Below, in pieces: positions 50,414 to 63,460 of a stretch of DNA of 64,000 bases. Within the stretch, counting starts at the first letter, position 1, and each line of letters starts with the position of its first letter. The position numbers and the translations under genes were made by a program. The notes beneath the pieces were generated by a model. That model did no database searches. It saw only the letters and a program-made list of their open reading frames with translations, and had not been told where the DNA came from. The stretch is from Massalongia carnosa (Eukaryota): NCBI GenBank assembly GCA_965645245.1, contig OZ287075.1, positions 1,860,001 through 1,924,000 on the forward strand, written 5' to 3'.

Positions 50414-53400
50414 CTATTGCGTCCCTCTAAAAGTCAACTTAAGCGCAATAGTAGGTTCCCCGCCTCCCTCCTTCTTCCCTTTCCCAGTGCCAGCCCCAAC
50501 ACCGCCTCCCTCCCTCACCACTGCCTCTAGAAATGCCCTCTGCTCCCGATCTAGGCGTGTCACTACGGCCCGAAACGCGATCTGGTCCGCACCCGCAAGC
50601 TGCAGCAGCTGCTGTGCTGTTTCTTGACCCAATAGAGAGGAGGTTCTCTCACCCTCGACAGGCGTCTTCGCAGCGCGGGTGAGAAGGGCAGGAATCAGAA
50701 CGCTGAGGACGGCGAGAGTACGGGAGCTTGGATGATTGGATTGGGCGGGAGTATCGTCTGATGATGATGAGGATGATGATGATAATGAGGGGGAGGAAGG
50801 TGCCGGTTGGGGGATGGTATGCGGTAACGAGGTGGCGAATACGATCAACGCATTGGCGACTAGGGAGCGAGCATTGTCTGGATCCGGCTCAGCGGATGCG
50901 AGTAGAAAATGAAGGAGGCGAGGAAAAATATAACGGGCGATGAACTTGTCTTGGGGCGATTTAGGAGTGACGAGAAGTAAGGAGCGGAGGCACCCTGCAG
51001 CGACTTTGGCAAGACCAAAGTCCTGTAGACAGTCGAGTGTAGCATTGAGTGAAACGGTGAGAAGGGGATGAGAGGGCGGAAATGAGCGAGCGGAGGTGGT
51101 GAGGAGAATAGTGAGCGCGAGGAGGGAGTTTTTGGCACAGGCGAGTGCGGACTCGGTTTCTCGGCGTTGGGCTGTGGCGAGTATGGAAAGTATGCGGTGG
51201 TGAAAGCCGAGGAGTTGGGCGGTTATTGTCGATGAGGGATGAGAGGTTGGGGGCTGGGGTGCTAGAGTCTGCAGAAAACGACGGAGGATGGGCAGGGCTT
51301 GAGGAACGACGTCGGCTTGGCAGGTACCTGTGCCGAGGATGGTCGCAAATATGTGAAGGATACTTGCGTGGAGGTCGGTTTGGATTATTGAGGGGAATAT
51401 ATCGGAGGCATCCACGAGAGCTTCGAGAGAGCCTCGGATAAGGGACACAGCTTCATCAGAGAGCTGAATGCGAGTTTGAAGGGTGTGCTCGGCGAGGGTT
51501 GGAAGGACGCTTGCTAGTACTAAGACGATGATTCGGGTAAGCTCGAAAAGTTGCTCGATGTCGTCGTTCAGGTGATCTTCGTCTTCGTCGTTCTCCTTCG
51601 CGGATGGATGCGTTAGGCAGAGGTTCTTAACGATGTCTACAACAATGAGCTGTACATCTAGGTCTCCTGTGAGTGCTAAGCGATCGAAGAGTTCAATGGT
51701 TTCGGAGAAGATTGCGTCTTGGAAAATCGCGCTGCCAGACACGGACGGTCGAAGAATTTTCTTGAGAGCCGAGAGAATCTCCAGCGTTTGTGATTCAGAG
51801 CTGAATGAATCGTTATTAGATCTGGTGACTAATGCTTCAATGCAAATGCCAAAGAGAACGAAGAAAAATGCCACAGGTTCATCATGATAGTTTATATTGG
51901 TATGGCGAGCGTCGGACCGTTCTTTTGATTCGTTTGGTTTTCCATCAAGTGCGTCAAAAACAAAGTCACTATCCTGATCAATCAGACTCGCGATGGCATC
52001 GACAAGCTTTAGCCACGAATTTTGATAGAACTAATGGCCGTTAGACGTCATGATATAGATAAAAGAACGAGATCAAAAAATCTACCTTTAGCAACGTCTG
52101 CCGATTCAGTGCTGCATACATGGTATCAAGGCTTTCATCCGCTCCAGTGGACACGGTGTTGTTCGATATATCCGGTTCAAACCTTAGACGTGCAAATTCT
52201 TGCAGCGATGCCAGCCATAGCGGAGTAAGCTTGGCTATGTGGGGATTCATCACCTTCACTAGATATGTTTGCTCTCTGCTAACAACTTGAAGCTCAGCCC
52301 ACGCAGAAAGGACTGCCATCCTAACCATTATTTGCGCATTGGAGCTTAGCCCTCTCAAGTCGCCAACTGCGGTATCCTGGGAATCGCCTAAAATACGTTC
52401 AGTTTTAGAGAGCGAAGAGTATACTGAAGCACCCACTTGCAAAGCTGTCCAGCGATGACACTAAAAGTTTGAGGATCCGTCCCATACGATCGACATCGGT
52501 CACCAATCCTGTAGCAATGAAGGTTGCGCAGACATTTACGGCGGCAGATGCAAGTTCAGGGGAAGAATCAGTAACAAACGCAGGAGCCAGTGCGGAACTG
52601 ATTTGTGCCTGGTACTGCTCCAACAATAGCGCTTCCGAGAAATCAGGATCTGGCATGGACCCAAAAATCTATAGCAGATTAGGCACTCGACATCAACAAG
52701 CATGCAAGGAAGACTTTTTATACCGTCAAAATCTGATTGATTATTCGTAAGCCTCCAATACATAGCTCTACCACTGACGAAGTGGATGCAAGAAACGCCA
52801 TTCGAATCACATCTGCAATCCGCTGTTGCAACGCATGGCCTGCGGACGAGTCTGCATTGAGTTCAATATCTCTGCCTACTATTGCAATCAAATCGCTCAA
52901 ACATTTCAATGCAAAGGCGCGAACCTGCCAACGAAGGAGTTCTTGACTCGCGTCTGGCGCATCATCGGGATTCTGGTCCTTGCCGTCGCCAGAGGCAAAT
53001 CCAGCTACTTCTTCGTCCTGGAGGTCCGGCAACGCTGAAGCTTTTACCACTGCGACTAACGGCGTCTCTTCTTGCTTTGCCGTAGTCTTAGTTAAAATGC
53101 CTTGGCATCGCGTTACCCATTGAGTGGTATCAGTAAGACTTGTCTGTCCAAGCCAAGCTTGAACTATATTTTGTACCCCCTCCTGGCCGGGATTCTGGTT
53201 GAGAAGAAGCCATAACTGATCTTCCAAACCTTCTTTGGCAACTTCAAGAACTCTTTGGGCATCGCGGCGCATCAAGTTATACAAGCCATCTACGGCAATT
53301 TCCGAAATCAATTCATGCGAAGAATCTAGCTGAACTTGCAACAGATGCACATACGATGAAAACTCCAAATGCCTGGCGTCATAGAGGTACATGTGCTCTA

Positions 53401-56400
53401 TGGCACGTAAACCCTCTGCTTGAACCATTGGCAAGTCGTCGATCTCGAATTGCCGAATCAATGTCAGTATGAGCTCACGTGCTTTGGTAAAGTCTTGCAG
53501 ATCCGGGCCAAGAACATTGATAAGGGAATCTATGCACCGAGCAATGACGACAGGTGTGGGCGATTCAAGTTCATAATTCGAAGTTGTTATCAAAGAAGAT
53601 TCTTCGTTGTGTGTATCGCAAGTCCATAATTGAGCAAGGAGACCGAGGGTACTGGACACATACCCTGAAAAGGTCAACCCGGCGGAGTCGGCGACCTGGG
53701 ATAATGCCTCAATCGCGCTTAAATGCACAGCGGGATGTGGATCACTGCAGAGTGACAGGAGTATGCCGTGTATTTTTTTAAGATGATATCCTGCGGCCAT
53801 ACCGCCGACATGGGAATGAATTGAACCAAGTGCCATTGCACAACCTGCTCGGGCGTTAGGGTCACGATTTGAGACGATCATATCAATCAACGTATTGATC
53901 TCATTTGTTGTGAAAGAATTTCCGGAGCTATTGCAAAGTCTCCCCAAGGCCGCAAATGCAATACTTCTGATATATCGATCTGGGTTCACGAGCAAACCCT
54001 GGAGTTACGATTCAGCAATGCCCAACCAAACACAAAAGAGTTTACTGACCCGTAGAGTCTCTTCGAGATATTTCTCAACGGATGGCTGGCGGAGATCGCC
54101 AGGCTCAGCCAACGTCTCACGCACAGCGACCTTTAGAGCTCCTAGGAGCGCCATTGCTATATTTACCGTCACAGCAGCTTTCCTGCCAGGATCTCTCTGA
54201 AGACTACTAGATGACAAAAAGGTGGCTAACTGCTCAAGCAGCCCTTCTTGAACTTTAGGGCTTTGCAAGGGTAAAGCTATAGCAAATAGAACTATTGCCG
54301 AGTTGACTACCTCCGTGGCCGGTGGATCGGGAAGTTCTTCCGCATCTTCTTGCATTTGAGCCTCTAGATAGACAGAGTCATGTTCTCGGGCACCTTGTAT
54401 TGGACACATAAGCTATAATGGTCAGATATGAAGTTTTGGGAGACAGGTAATCGCACATACCGCTTCATCGATACTTGAAAACTCGCCTCCTCGGTTATAC
54501 GGTTTAGCTCGACGGGACGTATCATGTTCGCCAGGTAATGGCTTTATGATTGGACCCTGTACCAATCCTGATATTCCAAAACCAGAATTATCCGAAATAT
54601 CCCAAATACTCTCAAAATTACCAGCGGAGTTGGCAATCGAAGACCCCATTGAGCCGAGTGTATAATGCTCAGGATCGGCAAACAACGAGACTGCTAATGT
54701 CACAAGATTCGATTGTGTTAGTATTTCCGTGCTTGCAGATGGGCTGAAACTGATCAGTTTTATATAGCACTGAAGAACCCGTCGGCGAACCATCAGAATA
54801 AGATCTTGAAGTGGTAACGAGGAAATATTTTTTAGCAACGAATCATCAGAACTCTTCTTCGAGGGTAAAGTCTCTAAAAATTCAAGAGTATTTTGCAACA
54901 TTATTGAAATTCTTTTGGAGACATCAGTCGTGATTAGTTTATTATTGAATTGGAGAAAAGACAGCATAGAGCCGAGGGCACATTCTCGTACGTGAGTCAG
55001 ATAGCCAATCTCCGAAGATTGCTTCTGGGCACTATTTTCTGCTGTGAGCGGTCGAGGTAGGGCGTTGCGCCACAGCAAGAGAAGCTGTGAGAGATGAATC
55101 TTGACAAAATTTGGCCCTAGCGCCATGAGGCCGCCAATGAATATCCATGCTACCTGGACCTGGGTGATGGAGACTCGCAGCTCAGCCTTGCTGCTCAACT
55201 TCAGCAGAAGTATTGCTGTAGAGAGTACGCGCGAGCTGATCTCCAGAGAGCTGTAGAGCGGGTGCAAAGCCGAAATGCTCAGGACAGCAGCGAGCCCATT
55301 TGCAAATCCGATGCACCGTCGAGCTGAATGACGGCCTGAAGTCAACACGCCTAGCTCTCTATTTACGCTATTCATACAAATTGAGGCACATGGAAGCAAC
55401 TGTTGTGGACATCCTTGCACAAAAACGCGGAGACAGTGGGAAGCGTGGATTTGAACCGAGTAGTTTGGGTGCTGTAAGACTTGGATGAGTGTCTCACGAC
55501 AGCTGTCACCCAGAGCTACAAGTGCTGGACCCAATGACTGGATGAGAAACGCTAAAGCATCCAGTGCTCCAACGATGGTGTGCTTCGACGGTTCTGGTCT
55601 CTCTTTTATGACTTGGGGATAGTTTTTAAGAACATCATTGATTAAAATCTTAGCAGCGATGATGCGCCCGTTCTCACCAAGAATTTTGTACCCTATGCAA
55701 TCAGTAAGAATATTTTGGACAAACTTTCGTGTCAACAAAAGCCGATGGCGATCATGCGTAATAAACTCGTTGCTTAATATCTCAATCAGAAGATGATCTG
55801 TAATTTGTGAATAGGCTGCCTCTACAAGTTTGGGGCTCAGAGCCCTTAGAACTTTGATGTAACAATGCACAATTGCAGCCCGGGCTCTATTACTCGTTGA
55901 CGAACGGTTATAATGTAAAACGAGTTGTCTGAACAAGTCTTGGAGTGTGAATTCAAGCTTGGAGACGTTTCTCTTTCTTGAGGGCGATCCTGGTCGTGAG
56001 CTGCCATCTTCGCCTTCGTCTAAGGTACTGGGCTGACTCCTATTTGGCTTCTTGGTTTTCTTTACTCTAAGATTCGACCTATCCTGTACTTGCTCGGAAT
56101 AAGCCTTTACCAAGATTGAAGCCAAGCATGAAGCAGCAGCATGGCGAGCTAAAGATATGGCGCTATCGCACGTTTTCCATATAGTACTCTTCAAATTCTC
56201 AAAGTCACCGGTGGTATCAAAGTACACTGTGGATCTGACAAGTTGCTCAAGACATCGGCATGCACTTGCCTGAACCAAAGCTGCCTTATCTCCAGATGCT
56301 GCAACCCTAGCATGTTTCCAAATCTCCCTAGCAACTCCTTCGTCGATAGCCCCGTTTACACCGCCCACAATTTTCCCAAGAGCCTTGAAGATACCTGCTC

Positions 56401-56938
56401 TTAAGGCTACATGATTCTGAGCCGGCTTTGAGAGCCGCATCAAATTTGAACAGGCCAGGCTGCAGAGACTGATAGCGCTATCTCCCGCCGTCTTGTAGAT
56501 TTCACCGAGACAGTATACAGCCGCATATTTGTTCTGAAGGTCCTTTTCATTTTTGCCAGCACTTGTTACCGCGAGCAATTGATTGATAGCGTCATAGAGA
56601 ATTTTCCGGTCCCCTTTTTCCAATATGTACGCGAAGCAACGCCCAAGGCATTTTCGAATAACCCCAGTAGGTGCAGGCGCTGAAAGATTGACTATCTGGA
56701 GCAGTTGCGGACCGATAGAAGTTTGCTTTGCACAGAGCTCATCATGTTCAAACCCTTTCACGCAGCGTTCTAGATCCACAACAAAGGTGAAGAGCAACAA
56801 ATCCTGCTGCTCTGGAGGCAAGGACTGTAATTTTGAAATGTCGAGTTGAAATTTGGATCGAATACCATTATTACTGATCTCGCTGGACCCACGAATTTTT
56901 CCATTCGTGTTTGAGGATGTTTCCTGCGTCAGTGACAT
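50414..56938 (-). CDS. LAA1: HEAT-repeat AP-1 accessory protein Laa1/Sip1 (HEATR5), multi-exon
   Basis: ~2000 aa HEAT-like protein across ORFs 54422-56938, 54005-54409, 52718-53995, 52405-52656, 52041-52442, 50414-51874; motifs HLSQLLLLWRNALP, RDPNARAGCAMALGSI, LLEQYQAQISSALAPAF, C-terminal EPTIALKL. Confidence 0.88.
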
Positions 56939-57109
56939 TAGTCGTATCCGTCTTCCACAAGAGGGTTGGTTATAGAATATGGAAGTGAAATATCTGGTTT
57001 AGGGTTAGATGCAGACGATAATGATAGGACTTTTCATGCATGTCCTGTACGAATGCCCAAGGGGAATGACAACTCGTTCGTCTCCACAAGCTGTGAGTCT
57101 TACATATAG

Positions 57110-58116
57110 ATGGCAGCGGCATCTCAATGGCGGAATCTACGGTTTCCACAAATTCAGGGTTATCGGTTTTTGGGCTGCCGTAAATTCACATCGACCACCT
57201 GTTGCTTCTCTGGCCATAATCGATGGTCCAAGATCAAACATGACAAGGCCAAAGTGGATGTGCGCTTCCAAGCTAATTCGACAGCGTAAGAGAAAGCCAA
57301 CTGACAGGATCATCAGGCATCAAAGAGTAAAGAAAGATCCGTGCTAGCCAAAGAGCTGAGGATAGCATCTTCACGCACGTTTGTCAGTTGGACTTGCCCA
57401 TTCAACCCAAATAGCTAAAGAACATACAGTCTTTGGCCCTGACTTAGCATCAAACCCACGCTTAGCTGCGCTGGTCGTATCCGCAAAGAAATTAGGATTC
57501 CCCAAAGCATCTATTGAAAATGCCATTGCTCGCGGCCAGGGGAAATCTACTAATAGCCAAGCCCTCGAATCTATGACGATTGAAGCCATGATACCACCCT
57601 TAGTCGCTATTATCATTGAATTTCAGACCAACTCTAAGTTACGAACATTGAGGGATGTTAAGCTTGCACTGAAAGACAGTGGGGGCTCTATGACCAAATC
57701 AACCCATTTTTTCAATAGAAAAGGAAGAATAGTGTTTGGAAAGCCTGTCGGCGAACCAGACGAGGAAGCCTTTGAGAAACTCATAGACACTTGCACTATC
57801 GGAGCTGATTTTGTCGAAGACGACAAGCTCGAGGTTTATACCGAACCCAGTCAGATGAATGCCGCAGCGGAGGCTATAAGCCATGCTTCAGGGCGATCGA
57901 TTCAGAACAGAGAGATTATCTGGGATCCGAAGCCGGAAACTTTGGTAGATATTACCTCAAGTGATACTTTAACTGAGTTCTTTAGTAATTCCTGCTCGGG
58001 CCTTTCTCTTTCCTCGGTAGCTCTGACAGCCCGCAGATCGTATAGTAGAAGATCCATGCATGCAGAACATTTACACAAACGCAAAACCAAAGAAGGTTGA
58101 GAACGCCACCAAATGA
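57110..58116 (+). CDS. TACO1: Mitochondrial YebC/PmpR/TACO1 family protein (yeast Dpc29-like), 4 exons including a GC-AG intron
   Basis: Arg-rich presequence then SGHNRWSKIKHDKAKVD; FGPDLASNPRLA, PKASIENAIARGQG, FNRKGRIVF. Confidence 0.88.
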
Positions 58117-58593
58117 TGATGATCATTGCCGATCACGAGCGATTCAGAATTGGAAAGCTGTGGTAAAAAGACCAAATCTCTTGGGTAAGTTGTGTTTCTC
58201 AAAGGTATCTCAACGAAGTACAAGTATGTGGAGAGTTAACTTTACCAACCAGGACTTCACAATTCCCAATACTATCAATACAATGTCAAAATCCCTGGCC
58301 AGACTATTAGTACTCTCCTCTCAGATACATCCGTCCAAAATATACCTCTCAGAAAGTGTCGTACACATTCTAAACTCCACCTCTAATTCATTCTTTTTAA
58401 GTATCAAGGATGAATGTAACAAAATGAGGTAATAGCGCATATGAGCTACTTTCAAGGGGTTGCTCACCCTTTCGTTTTCACTTCCCAATCCCAATCCACA
58501 AGTAAAACCCCAAATGTCTCGACAGTACCCATAACTCCAGACCATGGTGACGTACGCATTGCAATGCCTCTCCCCCTCGTTCCCCTCATCCCC

Positions 58594-59007
58594 TTATTCC
58601 CCCCCATCTTGCCCTCCACTCCCCTCCATACCACCTCCCCCCCCGCCCCCCTCCCTCTCCCTCTCCAGCCTCCTCGCCCTCCGCTCCAATCTCTTGTTCC
58701 TCAGCCGCGCCAACTCCTCCCGCAGCTCATCCCGTTCAAAAGGAATCCGGTGCGTCGTTTCGGGCGCCGGCCAGAAATCAGGCACCGAAAAGCGCGACTC
58801 AAGGTTCGTGCCGAAGTAATACATCCAGGCGATGGGGAACATGATGTAGATTCCGAACTGCCGAAGCCACCCCGATGGAAATGAGAGCGGTTAGCATTCC
58901 GGTGAATGGGTGAAGGAGAAGATGGTGTAGGGAGAATTTGGGTTTTAGGTGAGGGGAATGAGAAGTGGGCAACTGACTTTAAAGATTTCGAGATTCGGGC
59001 CACCCAT
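58594..59007 (-). CDS. PET100: Cytochrome c oxidase assembly factor Pet100; intron 58977-58858
   Basis: MGGPNLEIFK|FGIYIMFPIAWMYYFGTNLESRFSVPDFWP..RIPFERDELREELARL. Confidence 0.92.
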
Positions 59008-59111
59008 TGTGGGTTAAGCAGGTTGGCTTTCGATGGTTATGGTTCTAGTATGGGAAGGTATCCAGAAGTGAGATAAATATCGATGGAGCGAGTTCCAAGC
59101 TCCTCGTTCTA

Positions 59112-60918
59112 ATCGTCGGCCTCGCTTAGCTGCCTCCATACGAGGTGTACCACCTCTAGTCGGGGAAAGCGGTCTGCGTAGTTTCAATTTCAGGATTTGT
59201 CTAAATTCACCCATTTTACCACCTATTTTGCAGCTTTTTGCAACACTTCTCGACCGCAACCTACGACCGTTAGCTGTTATTATTCATACCATAGATATCA
59301 ACTGCACATCATAACTACTCATTGATTAACCGGGATATTCACCTTTATTCAATCGCGACCGCATCAGTTGCATGCCTCCTATTTCGTCAATCACTCTCTC
59401 CCTATTTCATCAACCGCTCCCCATCTCAATCATGAATAGCAGCAGCATCATGAATAAGAACCTTATTATTTAACCAGTGATTCTATTGCAACGCGCGTGC
59501 AAAATGCTAAGCAGTTTTTATTAGAAAACCCCAAGGAGAGCATCGTTTGCGCTGCTCGAATCTTCAACTTCGTCGACACTACTCTATACAGTTCAATTGA
59601 ACGTGAAAAGACGCCGCCGAAGAAAATCGAACGGCAGAACAAAATACGGGAGGAGCATCAGGTCAGAGAATTCACGAATTCATTCGATCTCTGATTGCGT
59701 ATGGCATTCAACCGACTCATAAAGTGGTTTTTGCTGCCATTAAGATTCTGAAACGTGCTCAAGATGCCGAATTCAATGATCCAAGTCCGCGGTAGTTTAG
59801 GCATTGGTAGAAAGACAATGGCCTGCACAAGATAAAGACCAAGCCGCTGGCAGTTGTTCGATATACTGCGGCTCAGGAGTCAGATGTGAGATCATAGTTT
59901 GATCGATATCAGCGGGTTCTTGCAGAGTTGGGGATAACTCGTTCCCAAGATATCTGGAACTTTGATGAAGCAGGATTTCGAGTTGAGTGTATGAAGGGTC
60001 ATGAAATTCTAGTTTCATCAGATATTAAGGAGTTCTATTCAATCAGTCCAGAAAATCGCAAATCTCTCATCATAATCGAAAGCATCAACGCCGCGGGTCA
60101 TCAACCACCTTCTCCCGTTTTAATCATGCAAGGTCGTAGAATAATACAGAACTGGTTCCAAGAAGGGCTGCCCACGGGGACTCTGATTGAAGTATCAGAA
60201 AGTGGGTTCATCACCGATGAAATAGCCATTGAATATTTGAAGCATTTCATTGCGAATACAAACTCGGGGCCTACAAAGCAGTAGAAATTGATGCTCATGG
60301 ATAATCATGGAACTCACTGCACTCCTGAGTTTATAAAGCTTGCCAATGAAAATCACATTCGCCCTCTCCCCCTGATACCACATCTGACTCATTGTATGCA
60401 ACCCCTTGATGTGGGCGTATTTCAACCCTATAAGCATTGGCATGATAAGGCTATCCAATATGTCCTTGCAGAGTTCAAGACTGAGAATAATGAAAATGAT
60501 GAGGGTGATGAGGGTGTTGAGGATGAGCAGTTTAACTTTTATCAAGGGGGCTATCGTCAGCCTAGGAGTTACTATTAGAACGCGCAATTGATATATATCC
60601 ATTTATTAATAATATTTGCAAATGAGGTTGAAAATAAAGCAAATCGAAGTTGCAAATCATGATGAGACGGCGTCGTAAATGAGTTGTAAATAGGTGATAA
60701 AACTGGTGATATTGGAAAAAATATAATGCATTCCCGGTTGATAAATGAGCAGTTAGGATGTGCAGTTGATATCTATCTATGGTATGAATAATAACAGCTA
60801 ACGGTCGGTCGAGAAGTGTTGCAAAAAGCTGCAAAATAGGTGGGTAAATGCTGAAATTGAAACTACGCAGACCGCTTGCCTACGCAGGGGTTCTCAGCAG
60901 CTAAGCGAGGCCGACGAT
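59112..60918 (+). mobile_element. Fot1/pogo-family DNA transposon relic with TA target-site duplication and long imperfect inverted ends
   Basis: TA at 59110-11 and 60919-20; terminal 22-bp IR ATCGTCGGCCTCGCTTAGCTGC; further IR blocks to ~59335 / ~60732; DD35D transposase remnants. Confidence 0.92.
59372..60578 (+). pseudogene. DD35D (DDE_1) pogo/Fot1 transposase pseudogene with stops, a frameshift and a C-terminal deletion
   Basis: DIWNFDEAGFRV, LLMDNHGTH-...-THCMQPLDVGVFQPYKH (35 residues between D2 and D3); in-frame TAG at 59793, 59808, 59895, 60282; start coordinate approximate. Confidence 0.88.
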
Positions 60919-61145
60919 TACCAATGGTCCAAAAAACATTTTGAAGCCTCAGCCCTATAACTGCTCGATATGGACTAGCGTGCTATAGCATGTTCTTGGT
61001 TTACTTGTCAAATCAACCGAGGTTCCAAAATTTGGGTACCACGCAGATAGTCGTTGTACATATTCATCAAAGTAATACTACCAGGGCTTTCACAACGATG
61101 GATCATTTTCTTTTGCACCAAACATTCCTTTCTCAGTAGTCCACC

Positions 61146-62016
61146 ATGGATGAGCAAATCACCCTTTCCACGCGCGGTAAACTCGCCATCATAACCCTGA
61201 ACAACGAGAAGAAACTCAACGCCCTCACGTCTGACCTCTACTACCGCCTGTCCTGTCTCATGCGCCAAGTCGCCGCTCGCGAAGACATTTACATTACCAT
61301 CCTGACCGGCAATGGCACTTACTTCTCTGCGTAGGGGCGCATTCTTTGCCTCCTCTCCTCCCGCTTTAGTTGTAGCTGACTGACCCCAGATACACTGCTG
61401 CAGAGGCGCCGACGTGACCGCACCCCGCAGCCAAGGCGTAGACGTGCGTCGCGAGACTCTCCGCACATTTGTGGCGAACAACCTTGACATCACCAATGCC
61501 TTCCACACACATCCTAAGATCCTCGTCACGGCGCTCAACGGGCCCGCAATCGGGCTCTCGGCCGCGCTCATCGCTTTCTCCGACTTCATCTACGCCGCTC
61601 CGCACACCTTCCTGCTCACCCCGTTCACAAGCCTGGGCCTCGGAGCGGAGGGCGGCGCCAGCAGGGCGTTTGTGCAGCGGCTAGGGATCAGCAGGGCGAA
61701 TGAAGCGCTCATTATGAGCAAGCGCATCACGGCGGAGGAGATGCTGCAGGTGGGGTTCGTGAATCGGATCTTCTCAACGACAGGGTCGGAAACATTTCTC
61801 GACATGGTGCTGAAGGAGGTGGAGGAGCGGTTAGGCGATCACTTGAATAGCGAGAGCTTGCTCATGGTAAAAGCGCTGATTCGGAAGCCCGAGAGGGAAA
61901 TGATGGACGGGCAGATGGTCGCGGAGGTTTTGGGGGGGTTGGAGAGGTTTGTGTCGGGGGTGCCGCAGGAAGAGTTTAGGAAACTGGCCAATGGGGAGAA
62001 GAGGCATAAACTTTGA
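61146..62016 (+). CDS. ECI1: Peroxisomal delta3,delta2-enoyl-CoA isomerase (crotonase fold); intron 61331-61403
   Basis: AIITLNNEKKLNAL, TGNGTYFSA|GADV, ALNGPAIGLSAALIAFSDFIYA, PFTSLGLGAEGG; C-terminal PTS1-like HKL. Confidence 0.92.
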
Positions 62017-62462
62017 AGATATGAGACTATGGTATGTATGACTCGTAAGAATATTTTACAGGTGTATAGCTGAATGTGATATATCACAAGAACTTCTGCA
62101 TTAATGTTAGGTGATTCAAACGAATGAAAGGCATTATATTAATTGCTAAGAAAATCCAGTCCGAGAAATCCCATCAAAGGGCACGATTCCTTTCGAATAA
62201 CTGTCTGTCCAAAACGCTATCGTCTGCATGCCTAGGCAAATCTAGCGATCAACCTGGTGACTCATAATAAATGCACTGCAGTAAACAATATAAAAAGGAC
62301 CTTGCACCATTCCTCTCCGAAACTGGGTTTTGGACTCCTTACTATCAGCATTCCCCAAATCCCCATTTCTCCCACCGGACCCCTATATTTGCCTACCACG
62401 GCAGCGCCTCTATCAATTCCACAGATCATTACCAACCCCCACTCCTCCGGCCCAATCTGACA

Positions 62463-62687
62463 ATGTGGTCCATTAGAATCTCCTTCCGTGGGCCTCCCAC
62501 CGATGCCAACGTCCAAGATGTTGTTGCCGCGCTGCACGGCTTGAATATCGCTGTGCAGGAGAAAGGGCGGGGAAGCGATTGGGTGCGCTGGGAGACGGAG
62601 GAGATTGTTGAAACGCCGGGTATGTGGGGGCAGTTTGTGATCAACCTCGAGGATATTGTGGATGGGTATCAGGTTATTCGGCTGTGA
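62463..62687 (+). CDS. Small hypothetical protein (~74 aa; the ORF is open upstream to 62271)
   Basis: ACAATG context; MWSIRISFRGPPTDANVQDVVAALHGLNIAV..WVRWET..VDGYQVIRL has a globular alternating beta/alpha-like pattern and coding-like GC content. Confidence 0.5.
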   Translation: MWSIRISFRGPPTDANVQDVVAALHGLNIAVQEKGRGSDWVRWETEEIVETPGMWGQFVINLEDIVDGYQVIRL

Positions 62688-63460
62688 TTGTTTTGGCTGC
62701 GGGTCTGCCGCGTTGTAGAAGTGGGGGGTTGGAGGGGCAGAGCAGCATTCGAGAGCGCTGAGCTCCTATCCCATTTGACCTTTTTGGGGTGACAATCTCA
62801 GACGAGACGTCGGAGATTATGTCTGGGGATGAAATTCAAGCCGAAAGAAGTCTGCTCGCAAGAAATCTGGATGGTTGCTACGTCAACAAATGCCATAAAA
62901 GAACGTGTGAAAAGGCTTGAGAGTTTGACATGACTTCCAAACCCTCAAAAGTATTCATCACGAGTGAGTAATAGGTAACAGCTCAGGCTTAAGCACTAGT
63001 CCTACTTGTTAATGGAATTTCTTTTCCGTGTCATTCGATCTGCTTGATGAAAATCTGACCCAAACGTCCTGCTCAGGTGGTGGAAAGAGCTTTAACATCT
63101 AGAAGCTAAACTACAATTATTGCGACCTTGGGTGTCTGGTAGATCAAGAGTGAATAAATGGGCCGTTCGAACTGACTCATGGAATCCTACGTCAAATGTC
63201 TTGAATGAGCCGGTGTGGGCGTTCGGAATAAAGGATCGAACGGCTGCTTGACGGAGTGCAGTCCCATTCGATAAATCGACATCAAACCCTATTGCTCTAA
63301 ACAGCAATCTTGACAGAATCTCGCCAAGTCGGATGCAGATGTTTTTAAGGTAGATGGGAGGAGTGTTGGCCCGCAGACACTCCCACAAAGAATATCAGCA
63401 AGATGACAAGGTTTTCAGAGCACTTGCTAGCTAAGTACGATGCGTCTGCGAGTCTCAAGG

